Below, piece by piece: positions 1 to 11,531 of a stretch of 64,000 bases of DNA. The DNA lies in NCBI GenBank assembly GCA_051313645.2, contig JBNRSN020000017.1, forward strand, positions 15,376,001 to 15,440,000, given 5' to 3'. The position numbers and the translations under genes were made by a program. The notes below the pieces were generated by a model. It ran no database searches. It saw nothing but the letters and a program-made list of their open reading frames with translations, and had not been told where the DNA came from. Numbering within the stretch: the first letter of the stretch is position 1; each line of letters starts with the position of its first letter. This stretch comes from Centroscyllium fabricii. Taxonomy: Eukaryota.

Positions 1-229
1 TGAAATTAGGAAACAATTCTATACAAAGGGTGGTAGAAGTTTGGAACCCTCTTCTGCAAACAGAATTGATGCTCGATCAATTGTTAATTTTAAATCTGAA
101 ATTGATAGATTTTTGTTAACCAAAGATATTAAAGGATGTAGGTCAAAAGCGGGCATATGGATCAGCCATGATCTCATTAAATGGCGGAACAGACTTGAGG
201 GGGCTAAATGGCCTACTCCTGTTCCTATG
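1..229 (+). mobile_element. CR1-type LINE 3' end fragment
   Basis: Degenerate ORF2 C-terminus (FKSEIDRFLLTKDIKG) followed by the conserved tail gatcagccatgatctcatt...aatggcctactcctg seen on the other CR1 copies here. Confidence 0.8.
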
Positions 230-424
230 CTCACTGGAGCGTTATCAATCAATATTTTAACCATAATCGCACCATGGTGCTGTCTCACCAAAAAACTGTC
301 TACTTCTCTGGCTGCTCAGGATCGCAAAAGCAGCAGGACACAGGTGACTAGTAAAGATAGCTTAACCTTTCAGTAGGGACCCTTCATCAGAACTTATCCA
401 AAACAGCTCCACTAGAAAACTTTA

Positions 425-1076
425 ATCTATCTTCCTCCGTGTCTTTATTGACTTGTCTGCAGCCTTTGATAGGGTTGACCACTTCATCCTTCTCGAAAGC
501 CTCTCCTCCGTCGTCCAGCTGGGTGGGACTGCACTCGCCTGGTTTCCATTCTCATCTATCCAACCTGCAACGGCTTCTTTTCCCGTTCCCTCAGGTGTTC
601 CCACAAGGATCCATCCTTGGCCCCACCATCTATTTTGTCAGTTTCCACAGGTACGCTGATGACACCCAGCTCGACCTCAACACCACCTCTTGCAACCTCT
701 CCACAGTCTCTAAATTGTCAGACTGCTTGTCCGACATCCAGTTCTGGATGAGCAAAAACTTTCTCCAATTAAATATTGGGAAGACTGAAGCCATTGTTTT
801 TGGTCCCCGCACAAACTCTGTTCTCTAGCCACTGGCTCCATCCCTCTCCCTAACATTTATCGAAGGCTAAACCACACTGTTCGCAACCTTTGGGGTCATA
901 TTTGACCCCGAAATGAGCTTCCAACCACATATTCGCAGCATAACTAAGACCACATATTTCCACCTCCATAACAGCGCCCGTCTCCGCCCTTGCCTCAGCT
1001 CATCCACTGCTGAAACCCTCGTCCATGCCTTTGTTAGCTCTAGACTTGACTATTACAATGCACTCCCAGCTGGCCT
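425..1076 (+). mobile_element. L2-type LINE fragment, frameshifted RT
   Basis: Motifs DLSAAFDRVDH, PQGSILGP, YADDTQL, WMSKNFLQLNIGKTEAI and LVHAFVSSRLDY spread over several frames. Confidence 0.85.
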
Positions 1077-1276
1077 NNNNNNNNNNNNNNNNNNNNNNNN
1101 NNNNNNNNNNNNNNNNNNNNNNNNNNNNNNNNNNNNNNNNNNNNNNNNNNNNNNNNNNNNNNNNNNNNNNNNNNNNNNNNNNNNNNNNNNNNNNNNNNNN
1201 NNNNNNNNNNNNNNNNNNNNNNNNNNNNNNNNNNNNNNNNNNNNNNNNNNNNNNNNNNNNNNNNNNNNNNNNNNNN
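1077..1276. other. Assembly gap (200 N)
   Basis: Run of N. Confidence 1.
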
Positions 1277-2154
1277 GGCTGAATGTAAGTAGAGCTAGAT
1301 GCCACCTTCTCACAGAACCGATGATATCGGAGGGTGTCCAGGGTGTCCGTTGATTTTCCATTGTAGAGAATCACCATTGCTTTCTCTCCTGCTTCTGCCA
1401 CATCATCTGTAGAAGCTGAATGTGCATAGAACACCTCAGCTTGCTCTCTGAATATGCCACTTTCTTTGAATTTCTTGAGGGAAGCTCCCTTCCCAATCCC
1501 ATGGAGGCGAGATGTAGTGTCGCTTCCAAGAACTGCATGTAAGAACAAGATGTGTTTACATATGTCTGGGCCAAGTAGTTGTTTTGTAGCCTTGATGTTC
1601 CAAATGCGAGTCTTCTTTGTGCTTTTCTTCGTCTCCGAACAAAAGAACAGGTCATGGGAGTCTAGGCTAGCATGGTAGCAGAGAAGGACTAAGAGGTCTG
1701 TGTCATCCCCTATGTGGATTACTGCATTTGGGGCATAAATCAACTCCAGCAGCTCTTGTAGCCCAGATGAAGCCATCAGCTCTCATCTGTTCTCACTGGC
1801 AGCCATTTATACCCCAGCTGAGCTGATGAGCTTGGACTGCACCATGTCAAGGGGGGGGGGGGGGTGTTTAAGAACCGCTCATCCAAACAAGTTCAAACTT
1901 GATACTGCATTTCCCTGGGTCCTCAGCAACACACCTGCCAAATGTCGACTTCATACAGTGTTCGGTTTACAAGATATATCATTGTATATGTAATAATAGT
2001 GTGGATGGCGGCCATTTTGAATTACAATAATTTCCCATCATGCAATTCCTTGCAACTTTTTTCCTCTCATTCAGGACATATTTAGGACACAAAATCAGTT
2101 GAGTTTGTTTGTGTTGCAATTAGTGGGAGGTCAAGTGACATTATTACTGGACTA
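1277..2154 (-). mobile_element. Academ-type DNA transposon fragment (XPG-like nuclease region), internally deleted, one terminus present
   Basis: ORF 1776->1277 has GDDTDLLVLL, HAVLGSDTTS and GIGK (XPG/FEN1-like motifs) fused directly to a short transposase-like segment SGLQELLELIYAPNAV; on the minus strand the end at 2154 begins TAGTCCAGTAAT; the other end is lost in the gap. Confidence 0.65.
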
Positions 2155-2330
2155 AGGGTGATGTTCGAAGTTTGTTTTTGTGACTGGAAGCCTGTGTCCA
2201 GTGGTGTACCGCAGTGATCGGTGCTGGGTTCCTTGTAGTTTGTGGTGTACATCAATGATTTAGATGTGAATGTAGGAGGTATGATCATAAGTTTGCAGAT
2301 GACACGAAACTTGGTGGAGTGGTAAATAGC

Positions 2331-2900
2331 TGTCATGGGTGGACTGTCTCTTTAAATTTCTATGCTTCTTTTCTGTGATTGGATTTAATTACCTGTTGTT
2401 ATGTCTCACACCTGATTGGCCAGCTCCAAGTATACTGTTGAGCTAGAGCTGGATATAAACCACCTGCTGGCCTTTGGCCTTTGTCGGATTGTTATTTTCA
2501 TGTCACTTGTTGAAGTGTTCAGTGTTGCTGTATCTGTTACTGGTATATTATATTGAGTTCTATTCCAGTCGTTTTTGGATTGCCAGTTCTGTCGATTTGG
2601 ATTATTTGCTGAACTCTGAACAAGGATTCATCTCTTCTGGATTGTGGATTTACTGGGAGTACCTCTGCACCTGGCTTTGGGCCTTGTCTCTACTACCACC
2701 TGAACTTGGGTTTGGACTTGTGAACTGCTGTTTACCGGCACTCGGGATTATTGACTTATTCATTCACTGTTTAAGCACTGTGGTTTAAGATCTCTGTATA
2801 TTGATATATTTATATGTTTTGGTACTTAGGAATAAAGGTACTTTATTTCTATTAGACAGACTCCGGTGCTCTGCAATTGGGTTCAACCCCAACCCTTACA
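2331..2900 (+). repeat. 5' LTR (570 bp)
   Basis: tgtcatggg...cccttaca; TATAAA at 2454; AATAAA at 2831; one mismatch seen versus the 3' LTR. Confidence 0.97.
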
Positions 2901-2917
2901 GAACAATCCGACCAATC

Positions 2918-3874
2918 ATGGACCCAGCGGACACACCGAGATGTCTGGCACTCATTGAGGACGCCCTAGCACACCAAGGTCGGGCCTTTGGGGAGATGTT
3001 TTCTAAAATGGAACAGCTAACCTCCGCCTGGAGGGCGCAAGCTGCATCGGACCCGGCAGGGACTTCTTCCACACCAGAACCGGTCTCGACATCGGAATCG
3101 ACTTCCATGTCTCTCCTACAGAGTATCACACCCGAGCCCCGAGTCGGGGTACCGGAACGTTATGCCGGTGAACCGGAACAGTGCGATCCATTTATTACCA
3201 ATTGTTCTATCCTTTTTTCTTTACAACCTCGCACCTTTGCCAGCGAAAAGGCAAGGGTAGCTTTTGTTATAAACCATCTCTCAGGAAGAGCTCGACTTTG
3301 GGGAACAGCCGATTGGGAGAGAGAAACTCAGGCTTGCAGTTCGTTCAGGACATTTTCAAATGAATTAAGAAGGGTTTTTGGCAAGTTATCCTTTGGGGCT
3401 GAAGCGGCTGAAGGTCTCATGAGCATGAGCCAGGGTAATCAGGCTGTTGTTGATTACACTATTGACTTTCGTATTAAGGCTCGTTTGAGCAATTGGAACA
3501 TGGCTGCTTTGTGTGAGGTTTTCCTTCACGGATTGGCAGGGTACATCAAGGATGAGTTGGTGTCACATGATCTCCCTTCCACCTTAGATGATCTCATTAG
3601 CTTAGCCACTAGGATTGATCTACGGATCCAGGCACGTCAACGTGAGAGAAGGCTGGGAACAACGGGTCGCCATCCAGCTAAGCGGGTTCAGGAGGGATTC
3701 GTAGCGTCCAGAGATTCGGCTACATCAGGGGGCCCCGAACCGATGCAGTTGGGTCGCACCGGCATCTCACCATTAGAGCGGAGTCGGCGCCGCAGGGAAA
3801 ATCTATGCTTATACTGTGGTCAGGCCGGCCATTTTGTTTTTCAGTGTCCGGTAAAAGACCGGACTCATCAGTAG
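2918..3874 (+). CDS. gag: Gag (sushi/PEG10-like capsid with CCHC zinc knuckle)
   Basis: [21 protein letters not shown] and [14 protein letters not shown]; ATG 17 nt after the LTR. Confidence 0.95.
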   Translation: MDPADTPRCLALIEDALAHQGRAFGEMFSKMEQLTSAWRAQAASDPAGTSSTPEPVSTSESTSMSLLQSITPEPRVGVPERYAGEPEQCDPFITNCSILFSLQPRTFASEKARVAFVINHLSGRARLWGTADWERETQACSSFRTFSNELRRVFGKLSFGAEAAEGLMSMSQGNQAVVDYTIDFRIKARLSNWNMAALCEVFLHGLAGYIKDELVSHDLPSTLDDLISLATRIDLRIQARQRERRLGTTGRHPAKRVQEGFVASRDSATSGGPEPMQLGRTGISPLERSRRRRENLCLYCGQAGHFVFQCPVKDRTHQ

Positions 3875-6800
3875 ATGGAGTCGTACTGGTGAGCCGAACT
3901 CCGACTAGACTCTCTTCTGATTCACGACCCTTGTGCCAGGCCCGACTTCTTCTTCCTTCAGGATCTCAGACGTTCGCCATCTTCATTGACTCGGGAGCGG
4001 ATGTCAATATCATTGATGAGGAGCTGGTTACACAATTGGGGATCGACCGGTGTCCACTGCCGCAACCGGTTTCTGCCAACGCTCTTGATGGCCACCTCCT
4101 GGGAACGGTGACTCATCAAACGTCGCCGATTCATTTACTGTTGTCAGGAAACCATCATGAGAGCATTCGCTTTCATATCCTGGATTCGCCCCGGCTTCCT
4201 CTTATTCTAGGACACACGTGGCTTCGTCATCACAATCCCCACATCGACTGGAACACGGGAGCCATTTTGGGTTGGAGTCACTCCTGTCACCAGGTCTGTT
4301 TGAAGCAAGCTACCGTAATCCGCCAGTCTGTCACACCTCTTCCCACTTCTGATCTTTCTGCGGTTCCCACCGAGTATCATGATTTTGGGGAGGTGTTTAG
4401 TAAGGCTAGAGCCACGTCGCTACCTCCACATCGCCCCTACGATTGTGCCATTGAATTGTTGCCAGGCTCTTCCCCACCTAGGGGGCGCCTGTATTCACCA
4501 TCTGCACCTGAGAGGGAGGCCATGGAGACCTATATCGGAGACTCAATGGCAGCGGGGATCATCCGTTCTTCTTCGTCACCAGCGGGGGCTGGATTCTTTT
4601 TTGTAGGAAAGAAAGACGGTTCGCTCCGACCTTGTATTGATTACAGGGGACTAAACGAGATTACTGTCAAGAATCGGTATCCTCTTCCTCTTATCTCTTC
4701 AGCGTTTGAGTTGATTCAGGGGGCAACCATCTTTTCAAAATTAGATCTTCGCAACGCTTACCATCTGGTCCGGATACGGGAGGGCGATGAGTGGAAGACC
4801 GCCTTCAACACTCCTTCTGGACATTACGAGTATCTCGTTATGCCGTTCGGGCTGACCAACGCCCCGGCGGTATTTCAGGCCCTGGTCAATGACGTTCTTC
4901 GGGACATACTAAATCGCTTTGTATTCGTTTATATGGATGACATCCTGATATTTTCGAAAACTCAGGAGGAGCATGTGCACCACGTTCAGACGGTCTTACA
5001 AAGACTCTTGGAAAACTCCTTATTCGTTAAGGCTGAAAAGTGTGAGTTTCATGTATCTACCGTCTCCTTCCTGGGATATATTATTGCGCAGGGGAGCGTG
5101 CGAATGGATCCTGAGAAGGTGACCGCCGTTACGTCTTGGCCCAGTCCAGAGACTTGCAAGCAACTGCAACGGTTTCTGGGGTTCGCAAATTTTTACCGAA
5201 AATTTATTCGCGGCTACAGTACGGTAGCAGCACCGTTATCGGCGCTTACCTCATCAAGGGTGCCATTCAGGTGGTCTCTCGCTGCAGAGGAGGCGTTTAA
5301 GGAGCTCAGGTCCCGATTTACTTCTGCTCCCATTCTCCAGGTACCTGATCCGGATCGACAGTTCGTCGTGGAGGTGGATGCATCTGATGTGGGAGTTGGA
5401 GCCATCTTATCTCAAAGGTCGATTTCTGACCAGAAGATTCATCCATGTGCCTATTTCTCCAAGCGCCTGTCTCCGGCGGAGATGAATTATGATATCAGAA
5501 ACCGGGAATTACTGGCGGTCAAGATGGCCTTAGAGGAGTGGCGCCACTGGCTGGAGGGGACCAAGCTGCCGTTTCTTGTTTGGACTGACCACAAGAATTT
5601 TGAATACATACGTACGGCTAAGAGACTAAACTCACGCCAGGCTAGATGGTCTCTTTCTTTCACAAGATTTAATTTTACTCTCTCCTACAGGCCTGGTTCC
5701 CGCAACGTCAAGCCCGATGCTCTATCCCGCCTATTCCTGAAGGAGGAGGGTTCTACTCCAGGATCGGACCTTATTTTGCCAGCTCCCTGCCTTATTGCTG
5801 CGGTCACATGGGAGATCGAAGAGAGAGTGAGAGCAGCTGCGGGGGATCAGGGTGGGCCCAGCGGTTGTCCTCCCGACCGTCTGTTTGTACCCGCGAGCAT
5901 TCGACCTGATGTTCTTCTGTGGGCTCATGCTTCCAAGTTGTCCTGCCATCCTGGGGCACAAAGGACCAAGGAGGTCATTTTGCGGAGGTTCTGGTGGGAC
6001 ACGCTGGAGGAGGACACCCGGGAGTTCGTCAATGCATGTCCGGTTTGTAGCCAACACAAGTCGTCTCGTCGGGCTCCTGCTGGTCTTCTGCAACCTCTTC
6101 ATATACCACATCGTCCTTGGTCCCACATAGCCCTGGACTTCGTCACCGGACTACCCTCATCCAAGGGATTGACCACGGTCCTGACTGTGGTAGACAGATT
6201 TAGTAAAATGGCTCATTTTATACCCCTACCCAAGCTGCCCTCTGCTAAGGAAACAGCGGAACTCATGTTGCAGCACGTGTTTCGTCTTCATGGGCTTCCG
6301 TTGGACGTGGTCTCCGATCGAGGCCCTCAATTCACATCTATATTCTGGAGGGAATTTTGTAGTCTTATCGGGGCCACTGTCAGTCTGTCGTCGGGATTTC
6401 ATCCTCAGTCCAATGGACAGTCGGAGAGGATGAACCAGGAGATGGAGAAGGCACTTCGGTGCATGGTCTCCAAGAATCCCTCTTCCTGGTCCCAGTTACT
6501 ATTATGGGTGGAGTATGCTCACAATACGCTGACCAGCTCCGCTACCGGACTTTCGCCTTTTCAGTGCGCGTATGGATTCCAGCCTCCATTGTTTCCAGAC
6601 CTGGAGAAGGAGGTATCCTGTTCGTCCGTCCAGGACTTCATTCAACGGTGTCACAGGACATGGGATCAGGCACGGATGTCGTTGCTTCGCTCGGCGGATC
6701 GATACTCGACTGCGGCCAACCGTCGTCGTTCTGAGGCTCCGGAGTATCGGGTTGGGCAGAAGGTTTGGCTCTCCACCAAGGATCTGCCTCTACAAGTCGA

Positions 6801-7347
6801 ATCTAAGAAACTCGCTCCCCGATTTATCGGACCCTTCGAGGTGCAAAAAATCATAAACCCTGCTGCGGTGAGACTCAAGCTCCCCAGATCCATGCGGGTC
6901 CACCCTACTTTTCACGTGTCGCGCATCAAGCCTACTCGGGAGAGTGCCTTGGTACCCGTTGCCGCACCTCCTCCACCTCCTCGTATGCTCGACGGTGGAT
7001 TAGTCTACACGGTTCGTCGTCTACTTGACTCCCGTCGTCGAGGGAAGGGACTTCAGTACCTGGTGGACTGGGAGGGGTATGGCCCGGAAGAGAGGTCCTG
7101 GGTTCCTGCTCATCATATTATGGACCCTCAGCTCATTTCTGAGTTTCACAAGAAACACCCTGGCCAGCCGAAAAAAGGGACGGCGGTTCCTAGGAGGTCT
7201 GGACAGGTTTTCGACCCCATTCTGATTCGGGAGGCCCTGGACACGAAAGTGGCATCTGATTACGAGGGGCCTGAATCGGCGGAGCAGGAGGATCCTTTTC
7301 AATCTGATGAGGAGATGGTAGTTGACGAGGGTCCCGAGGATTGTTAG
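3805..7347 (+). CDS. pol: Pol (protease, RT, RNase H, integrase, chromodomain) in the -1 frame relative to gag
   Basis: FIDSGA protease; YMDD RT; VDASD RNase H; HHCC then DFV..SDRG..E integrase; GPF motif; chromodomain [26 protein letters not shown]; overlaps the gag 3' end. Confidence 0.96.
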   Translation: MLILWSGRPFCFSVSGKRPDSSVDGVVLVSRTPTRLSSDSRPLCQARLLLPSGSQTFAIFIDSGADVNIIDEELVTQLGIDRCPLPQPVSANALDGHLLGTVTHQTSPIHLLLSGNHHESIRFHILDSPRLPLILGHTWLRHHNPHIDWNTGAILGWSHSCHQVCLKQATVIRQSVTPLPTSDLSAVPTEYHDFGEVFSKARATSLPPHRPYDCAIELLPGSSPPRGRLYSPSAPEREAMETYIGDSMAAGIIRSSSSPAGAGFFFVGKKDGSLRPCIDYRGLNEITVKNRYPLPLISSAFELIQGATIFSKLDLRNAYHLVRIREGDEWKTAFNTPSGHYEYLVMPFGLTNAPAVFQALVNDVLRDILNRFVFVYMDDILIFSKTQEEHVHHVQTVLQRLLENSLFVKAEKCEFHVSTVSFLGYIIAQGSVRMDPEKVTAVTSWPSPETCKQLQRFLGFANFYRKFIRGYSTVAAPLSALTSSRVPFRWSLAAEEAFKELRSRFTSAPILQVPDPDRQFVVEVDASDVGVGAILSQRSISDQKIHPCAYFSKRLSPAEMNYDIRNRELLAVKMALEEWRHWLEGTKLPFLVWTDHKNFEYIRTAKRLNSRQARWSLSFTRFNFTLSYRPGSRNVKPDALSRLFLKEEGSTPGSDLILPAPCLIAAVTWEIEERVRAAAGDQGGPSGCPPDRLFVPASIRPDVLLWAHASKLSCHPGAQRTKEVILRRFWWDTLEEDTREFVNACPVCSQHKSSRRAPAGLLQPLHIPHRPWSHIALDFVTGLPSSKGLTTVLTVVDRFSKMAHFIPLPKLPSAKETAELMLQHVFRLHGLPLDVVSDRGPQFTSIFWREFCSLIGATVSLSSGFHPQSNGQSERMNQEMEKALRCMVSKNPSSWSQLLLWVEYAHNTLTSSATGLSPFQCAYGFQPPLFPDLEKEVSCSSVQDFIQRCHRTWDQARMSLLRSADRYSTAANRRRSEAPEYRVGQKVWLSTKDLPLQVESKKLAPRFIGPFEVQKIINPAAVRLKLPRSMRVHPTFHVSRIKPTRESALVPVAAPPPPPRMLDGGLVYTVRRLLDSRRRGKGLQYLVDWEGYGPEERSWVPAHHIMDPQLISEFHKKHPGQPKKGTAVPRRSGQVFDPILIREALDTKVASDYEGPESAEQEDPFQSDEEMVVDEGPEDC

Positions 7348-7433
7348 TCCCTCTTCCTCACCCCTCCACCCACCCGGTACCGGCTGTTGGGGCTTTTGGG
7401 GACGTCAGGAGTCGTCCCTTAAGGGGGTGGTTC

Positions 7434-8003
7434 TGTCATGGGTGGACTGTCTCTTTAAATTTCTATGCTTCTTTTCTGTGATTGGATTTAATTACCTGTT
7501 GTTATGTCTCACACCTGATTGGCCAGCTCCAAGTATACTGTTGAGCTAGAGCTGGATATAAACCACCTGCTGGCCTTTGGCCTTTGTCGGATTGTTATTT
7601 TCATGTCACTTGTTGAAGTGTTCAGTGTTGCTGTATCTGTTACTGGTATATTATATTGAGTTCTATTCCAGTCGTTTTTGGATTGCCAGTTCTGTCGATT
7701 TGGATTATTTGCTGAACTCTGAACAAGGATTCATCTCTTCTGGATTGTGGATTTACTGGGAGTACCTCTGCACCTGGCTTTGGGCCTTGTCTCTACTACC
7801 ACCTGAACTTGGGTTTGGACTTGTGAACTGCTGTTTACCGGCACTCGGGATTATTGACTTATTCATTCACTGTTTAAGCACTGTGGTTTAAGATCTCTGT
7901 ATATTGATATATTTATATGTTTTGGTACTTAGGAATAAAGGTACTTTATTTCTATTAGACAGACTCCGGTGTTCTGCAATTGGGTTCAACCCCAACCCTT
8001 ACA
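7434..8003 (+). repeat. 3' LTR (570 bp)
   Basis: Direct repeat of 2331-2900. Confidence 0.97.
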
Positions 8004-9429
8004 CTAGCGAGGAGGGAAGCCTCAAGCTACAGGACGGATATAGACGGGTTGGTCAGATGGGCAGAACAGTGGCAAATGGAATTTAACCCGGAAAAGTGCG
8101 AGGTGATGCATTTTGGAAGGACTAACAAGGCAAGGGAATACACAATGAACGGAAGGACCCTAGGAAGGACAGAGGATCAGAGGGACCTTGGTGTGCATGT
8201 ACATAGATCCCTGAAGGCAGCAGAACAGGTAGATAAGGTGATTAAAAAGGCATATGGGATACTTGCCTTCATTAACCGAGACATAGAATATAAGAACAGG
8301 GAGTTTATGATGGAGCTGTACAAAATGCTAGTTAGGCCACAGCTGGAATAATGTGTGCAGGTCTGGTCGCCACGCTATAGGAAGGATGAGATTGCATTGG
8401 AGAGGGTACAGAGGAGATTCACCAGGACATTACCTGGGCTGGAGCGCTTCAGCTATGAAGAGAGACTGGACAGGCTTGGGTTGTTTTCCCTAGAGCAGAG
8501 AACGCTGAGGGGGGACCTGATTGAGGTGTACATAGAAACATAGAAGAGAAGAGCAGGAGTAGGCCATTCGGCTCCACGAGCCTGCTCCGCCATTCAATGA
8601 TATCATGGCTGATCATCCAAACTCAGTACCCTGTCCCTGCCTTCTCCCCATATCCCTTTAGTACAAAATTATGAGGGGCATAGATAGGGTAGATAGAAAG
8701 GAACGTTTCCCCCTAGTAGAGGAGTCAATAACCAGGCGGCAGAGTTTCAACATAGAAACATAGAGGATAGCAGCAGGCCATTTGGCCCCTCGAGCCTGCT
8801 CCGCCATTCAATGAGATCATGGCTGATCATCCAAATTCAGTAAGGTAAAGGGCAGGAGGTTTAGTGGGGGTTTGAGGAAATCCTTTTTCACCCAGAGGGT
8901 GGTTAGAATCTGGAACTCACTGCCTGAAAGGGTGGTAAAGGCAGGAACCCTCAACATTCAAGAAGCATTTAGATGAGCATTTGAAATGCCATAGCATACA
9001 AGGCTACAGACCAAGTGCTAGAAAATGGGATCAGGATAGGGCTTGATGGCCGGCGCAGACACGATGGGCCGAAGGGCCTCCTTCTGTGCTGTATAACTCT
9101 GACTACGAGATGAGGATGATCGAACTACATACAATCATAGCACCTCCAGGTTTAGGGAGTCTACACAACTTATCACATGCATCCACTGGAACTCTACAAA
9201 TAGACAACAGTTAAGTGTACGACCATTAAAAAGGAGGCACAGCTCTGTTACCAAGATTACTCAATACTAGGGGCAGACTCCAATACTGATGGCATTCCAA
9301 ACAACTGATGGACGCAGCTCCTGCAATGACAGCAGTTAGACACAGCTGACTTCAGTTACATAAAATATGTTCCTGAGACACAAAGGTCACAAAACTGCAG
9401 AATTATTCAGTGAATCTGATAAAATGACT

Positions 9430-10303
9430 TAGAATCATAGAATCATAGAAGATAGGAGCAGGAGTAGGCCATTCAGCCCTTCGAGCCTGCTCCGCCATTC
9501 AATGAGATCATGGCTGATCTTTAGCAAGCTAGTACCCCGTCCCCGCCTTTTCTCCGTAACCTTTAATCCCTTTAGCTTGAAGAAATATATCCAATTCCCT
9601 CTTGAATATGTTTAATGAATTGGCCTCCACCGCCCTCTGTGGCAAGGAATTCCACAGGCCCACCACTCTCTGAGTGAAGAAATTCTTCCTCATGTCTGTC
9701 CTAAATGGTTTACCCCTTATTCTTAGACCGTGGCCCCTGGTTCTGGACTCCCCCGCCATTGGAAACATTCTCTCTGAATCTAACCTGTCCAGACCTTTCA
9801 GAATTTTATACGTCTCAATGAGATCGCCTCTCAATCTTCTAAACTCCAACGAGTACAAGCCCAGACTACATAATCTCTCCTCGTAGGTCATTCCTGCCAT
9901 TCCAGGAATCAGCCTGGTGAAACGCCGCTGCACTCCCTCCATGGCAAGAACATCCTTTCTCAGGTGAGGCGACCAGAACTGTACACAATACTCGAGGTGT
10001 GGTCTCACCAGTGCCTTGTACAGCTGTAGTAAGGTATCCTTATTCCTATACTCGAACCCTCTTGATATGAAGGCCAACACACCATTTGCCTTCCTAACCG
10101 CCTGCTGCACCTGCGTGCTCGTCTTCAGCGACTGGTGCACAAGAACACCCAGGTCTCTTTGCACCTCCCCATCTCCCAATCTATTGCCATTTAAGTAGTA
10201 ATCTACCCTCCTGTTTTTGCCCCCAAAGTGGATAACCTCACATTTATCCACATTATAGTGCATCTGCCATCTATCTGCCCAGTCCCCCAACTTATCCAAA
10301 TCG
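9430..10303 (-). mobile_element. 5'-truncated CR1 (HER1-like) LINE with open ORF2 C-terminus
   Basis: ORF 10299->9529 WQMHYNVDKCEVIHFG..RPHLEYCVQFWSP..FFTQRVVGLWNSLP; ends in a (ttctatga)n tail. Confidence 0.92.
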
Positions 10304-11133
10304 CCAACCCAACTTGAGCCTATTGAACAAACATTTACATATAGTATATTTAAAAGTCCAAGTCAATATTGTGCATAATATTTTGCACATGGAAGAAATT
10401 TAAGCAGATGTTAGACAAAAGCATTTCAGTGGATCATGACTTCAGAACATTCAATTTTAATCCCGGTGTGGTGTCAGCTGGTGTAAGCCACAAACTCATC
10501 AGCTGGCCAACAGTATTTTAACAAATTCAACAACTTGGGGAAAACCACAAAGAAACTTTATTTTCAAACCCGTATAAATGTTTTATACGATTCTGACAGA
10601 TCATATTTCAGATGCAGTAAAAGGAAAAGGTCAGATCCAAAACAGATTTGTAGCACAAATCACAACATTAGCATCAAAGGTTTTTTGGATATTTCTTTGT
10701 GAATTTACTTCAATACCAATTAGGTAATATGCCCAAAAGAAAAAGCAATCAACTTCCATCACTGGGTGGGTTTAAATAGAATTTCTCTCAGGTACAGGTA
10801 AATGTCCAACTAGTAGTGGACAAGATAAGCGTGAAAGTTTGTTTTGCAGTCAGAACTCACCACCCCCATCCATCTTTTTGTAGAATGAGTGGGTTTGGAG
10901 GCAAAGGCAACATTTTATTAGCCTACTTGCACACCCAAGCTCCTGCCAAACTCGCCAATCAATAGACCACAGATTTTTGGACAAGTACAATTTTTTTCGC
11001 AGAAACTGTAGATTTATTTTTTATTTTCATCCTCTTGCTCCTCTCCTAAAGCCATCTCATGCTAGGATCTGGTTTGAAAACCAGAAATTTCCAGTAGCTT
11101 GTCTTATTCATGCAACAGCCTGACATAATCATA

Positions 11134-11531
11134 CGGCATGGTGGCACAGTGGTTAGCATGGTTGTCTCACAGCACTGGAGACCCGGGATCAAATCCAGCC
11201 TCGGGTACTATCTGTGTGGAGTTTGCACATTCTCCCCGTGTCTGCGTGGGTTTCCTCCGGGTGCTCCGGTTTCCTCCCACAGTCCAAAGATGTGCGGGTT
11301 AGGTTGATTGGCCATGATAAATTGACCCTTAGTGTTAGGGGGATTGAATATGTGGGGTTACGGGGATAAGGTGGGATATGTGTCGATGCAGGCTCGATAG
11401 GGATCGAGGGATATGGGGAGAGGGCAGGGGCGGGGTACTGGGTTTGGATAATCAGCCATGATCTCATTGAATGGCGGAGCAGGCTCGAAGGGCCGAATGG
11501 CCTACTCCTGCTCCTAGTTTCTATGTTTCTA
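11134..11531 (+). mobile_element. tRNA-derived V-SINE (HE1-like)
   Basis: A box tggcacagtgg, B-box-like gatcaaatcc, V domain gtggagtttgcacattctccccgtgtctgcgtgggtttcctcc, CR1-type tail. Confidence 0.9.

Larger units (their letters stand above)
2331..8003 (+). mobile_element. Full-length Ty3/Gypsy chromovirus (Tf1/sushi group) LTR retrotransposon
   Basis: Two 570-bp TG..CA LTRs, intact gag and pol, purine tract aagggggtgg at 7421-7430, 5-bp flanks atagc/ctagc (TSD with one mismatch). Confidence 0.97.
2155..9104 (+). mobile_element. CR1 LINE 3' half (2155-2330 and 8009-9104), interrupted by the LTR element and by two short antisense CR1/SINE tails (~8531-8660, ~8751-8840)
   Basis: WKPVSSGVP..KFADDTKLGGVVNS resumes after 8008 as EEGSLKLQ..WQMEFNPEKCEVMHFG..RPQLE. 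Confidence 0.85.

Noticed and set aside
361-393. Minus-strand ctgatga...gaaa hammerhead-like motif
   Set aside because: Stem II is poorly paired; probably a decayed Penelope relic
2474-2788. 104-aa hydrophobic ORF, repeated at 7577-7891
   Set aside because: Lies within the LTR, has no ATG start and reflects T-rich composition; not an env gene
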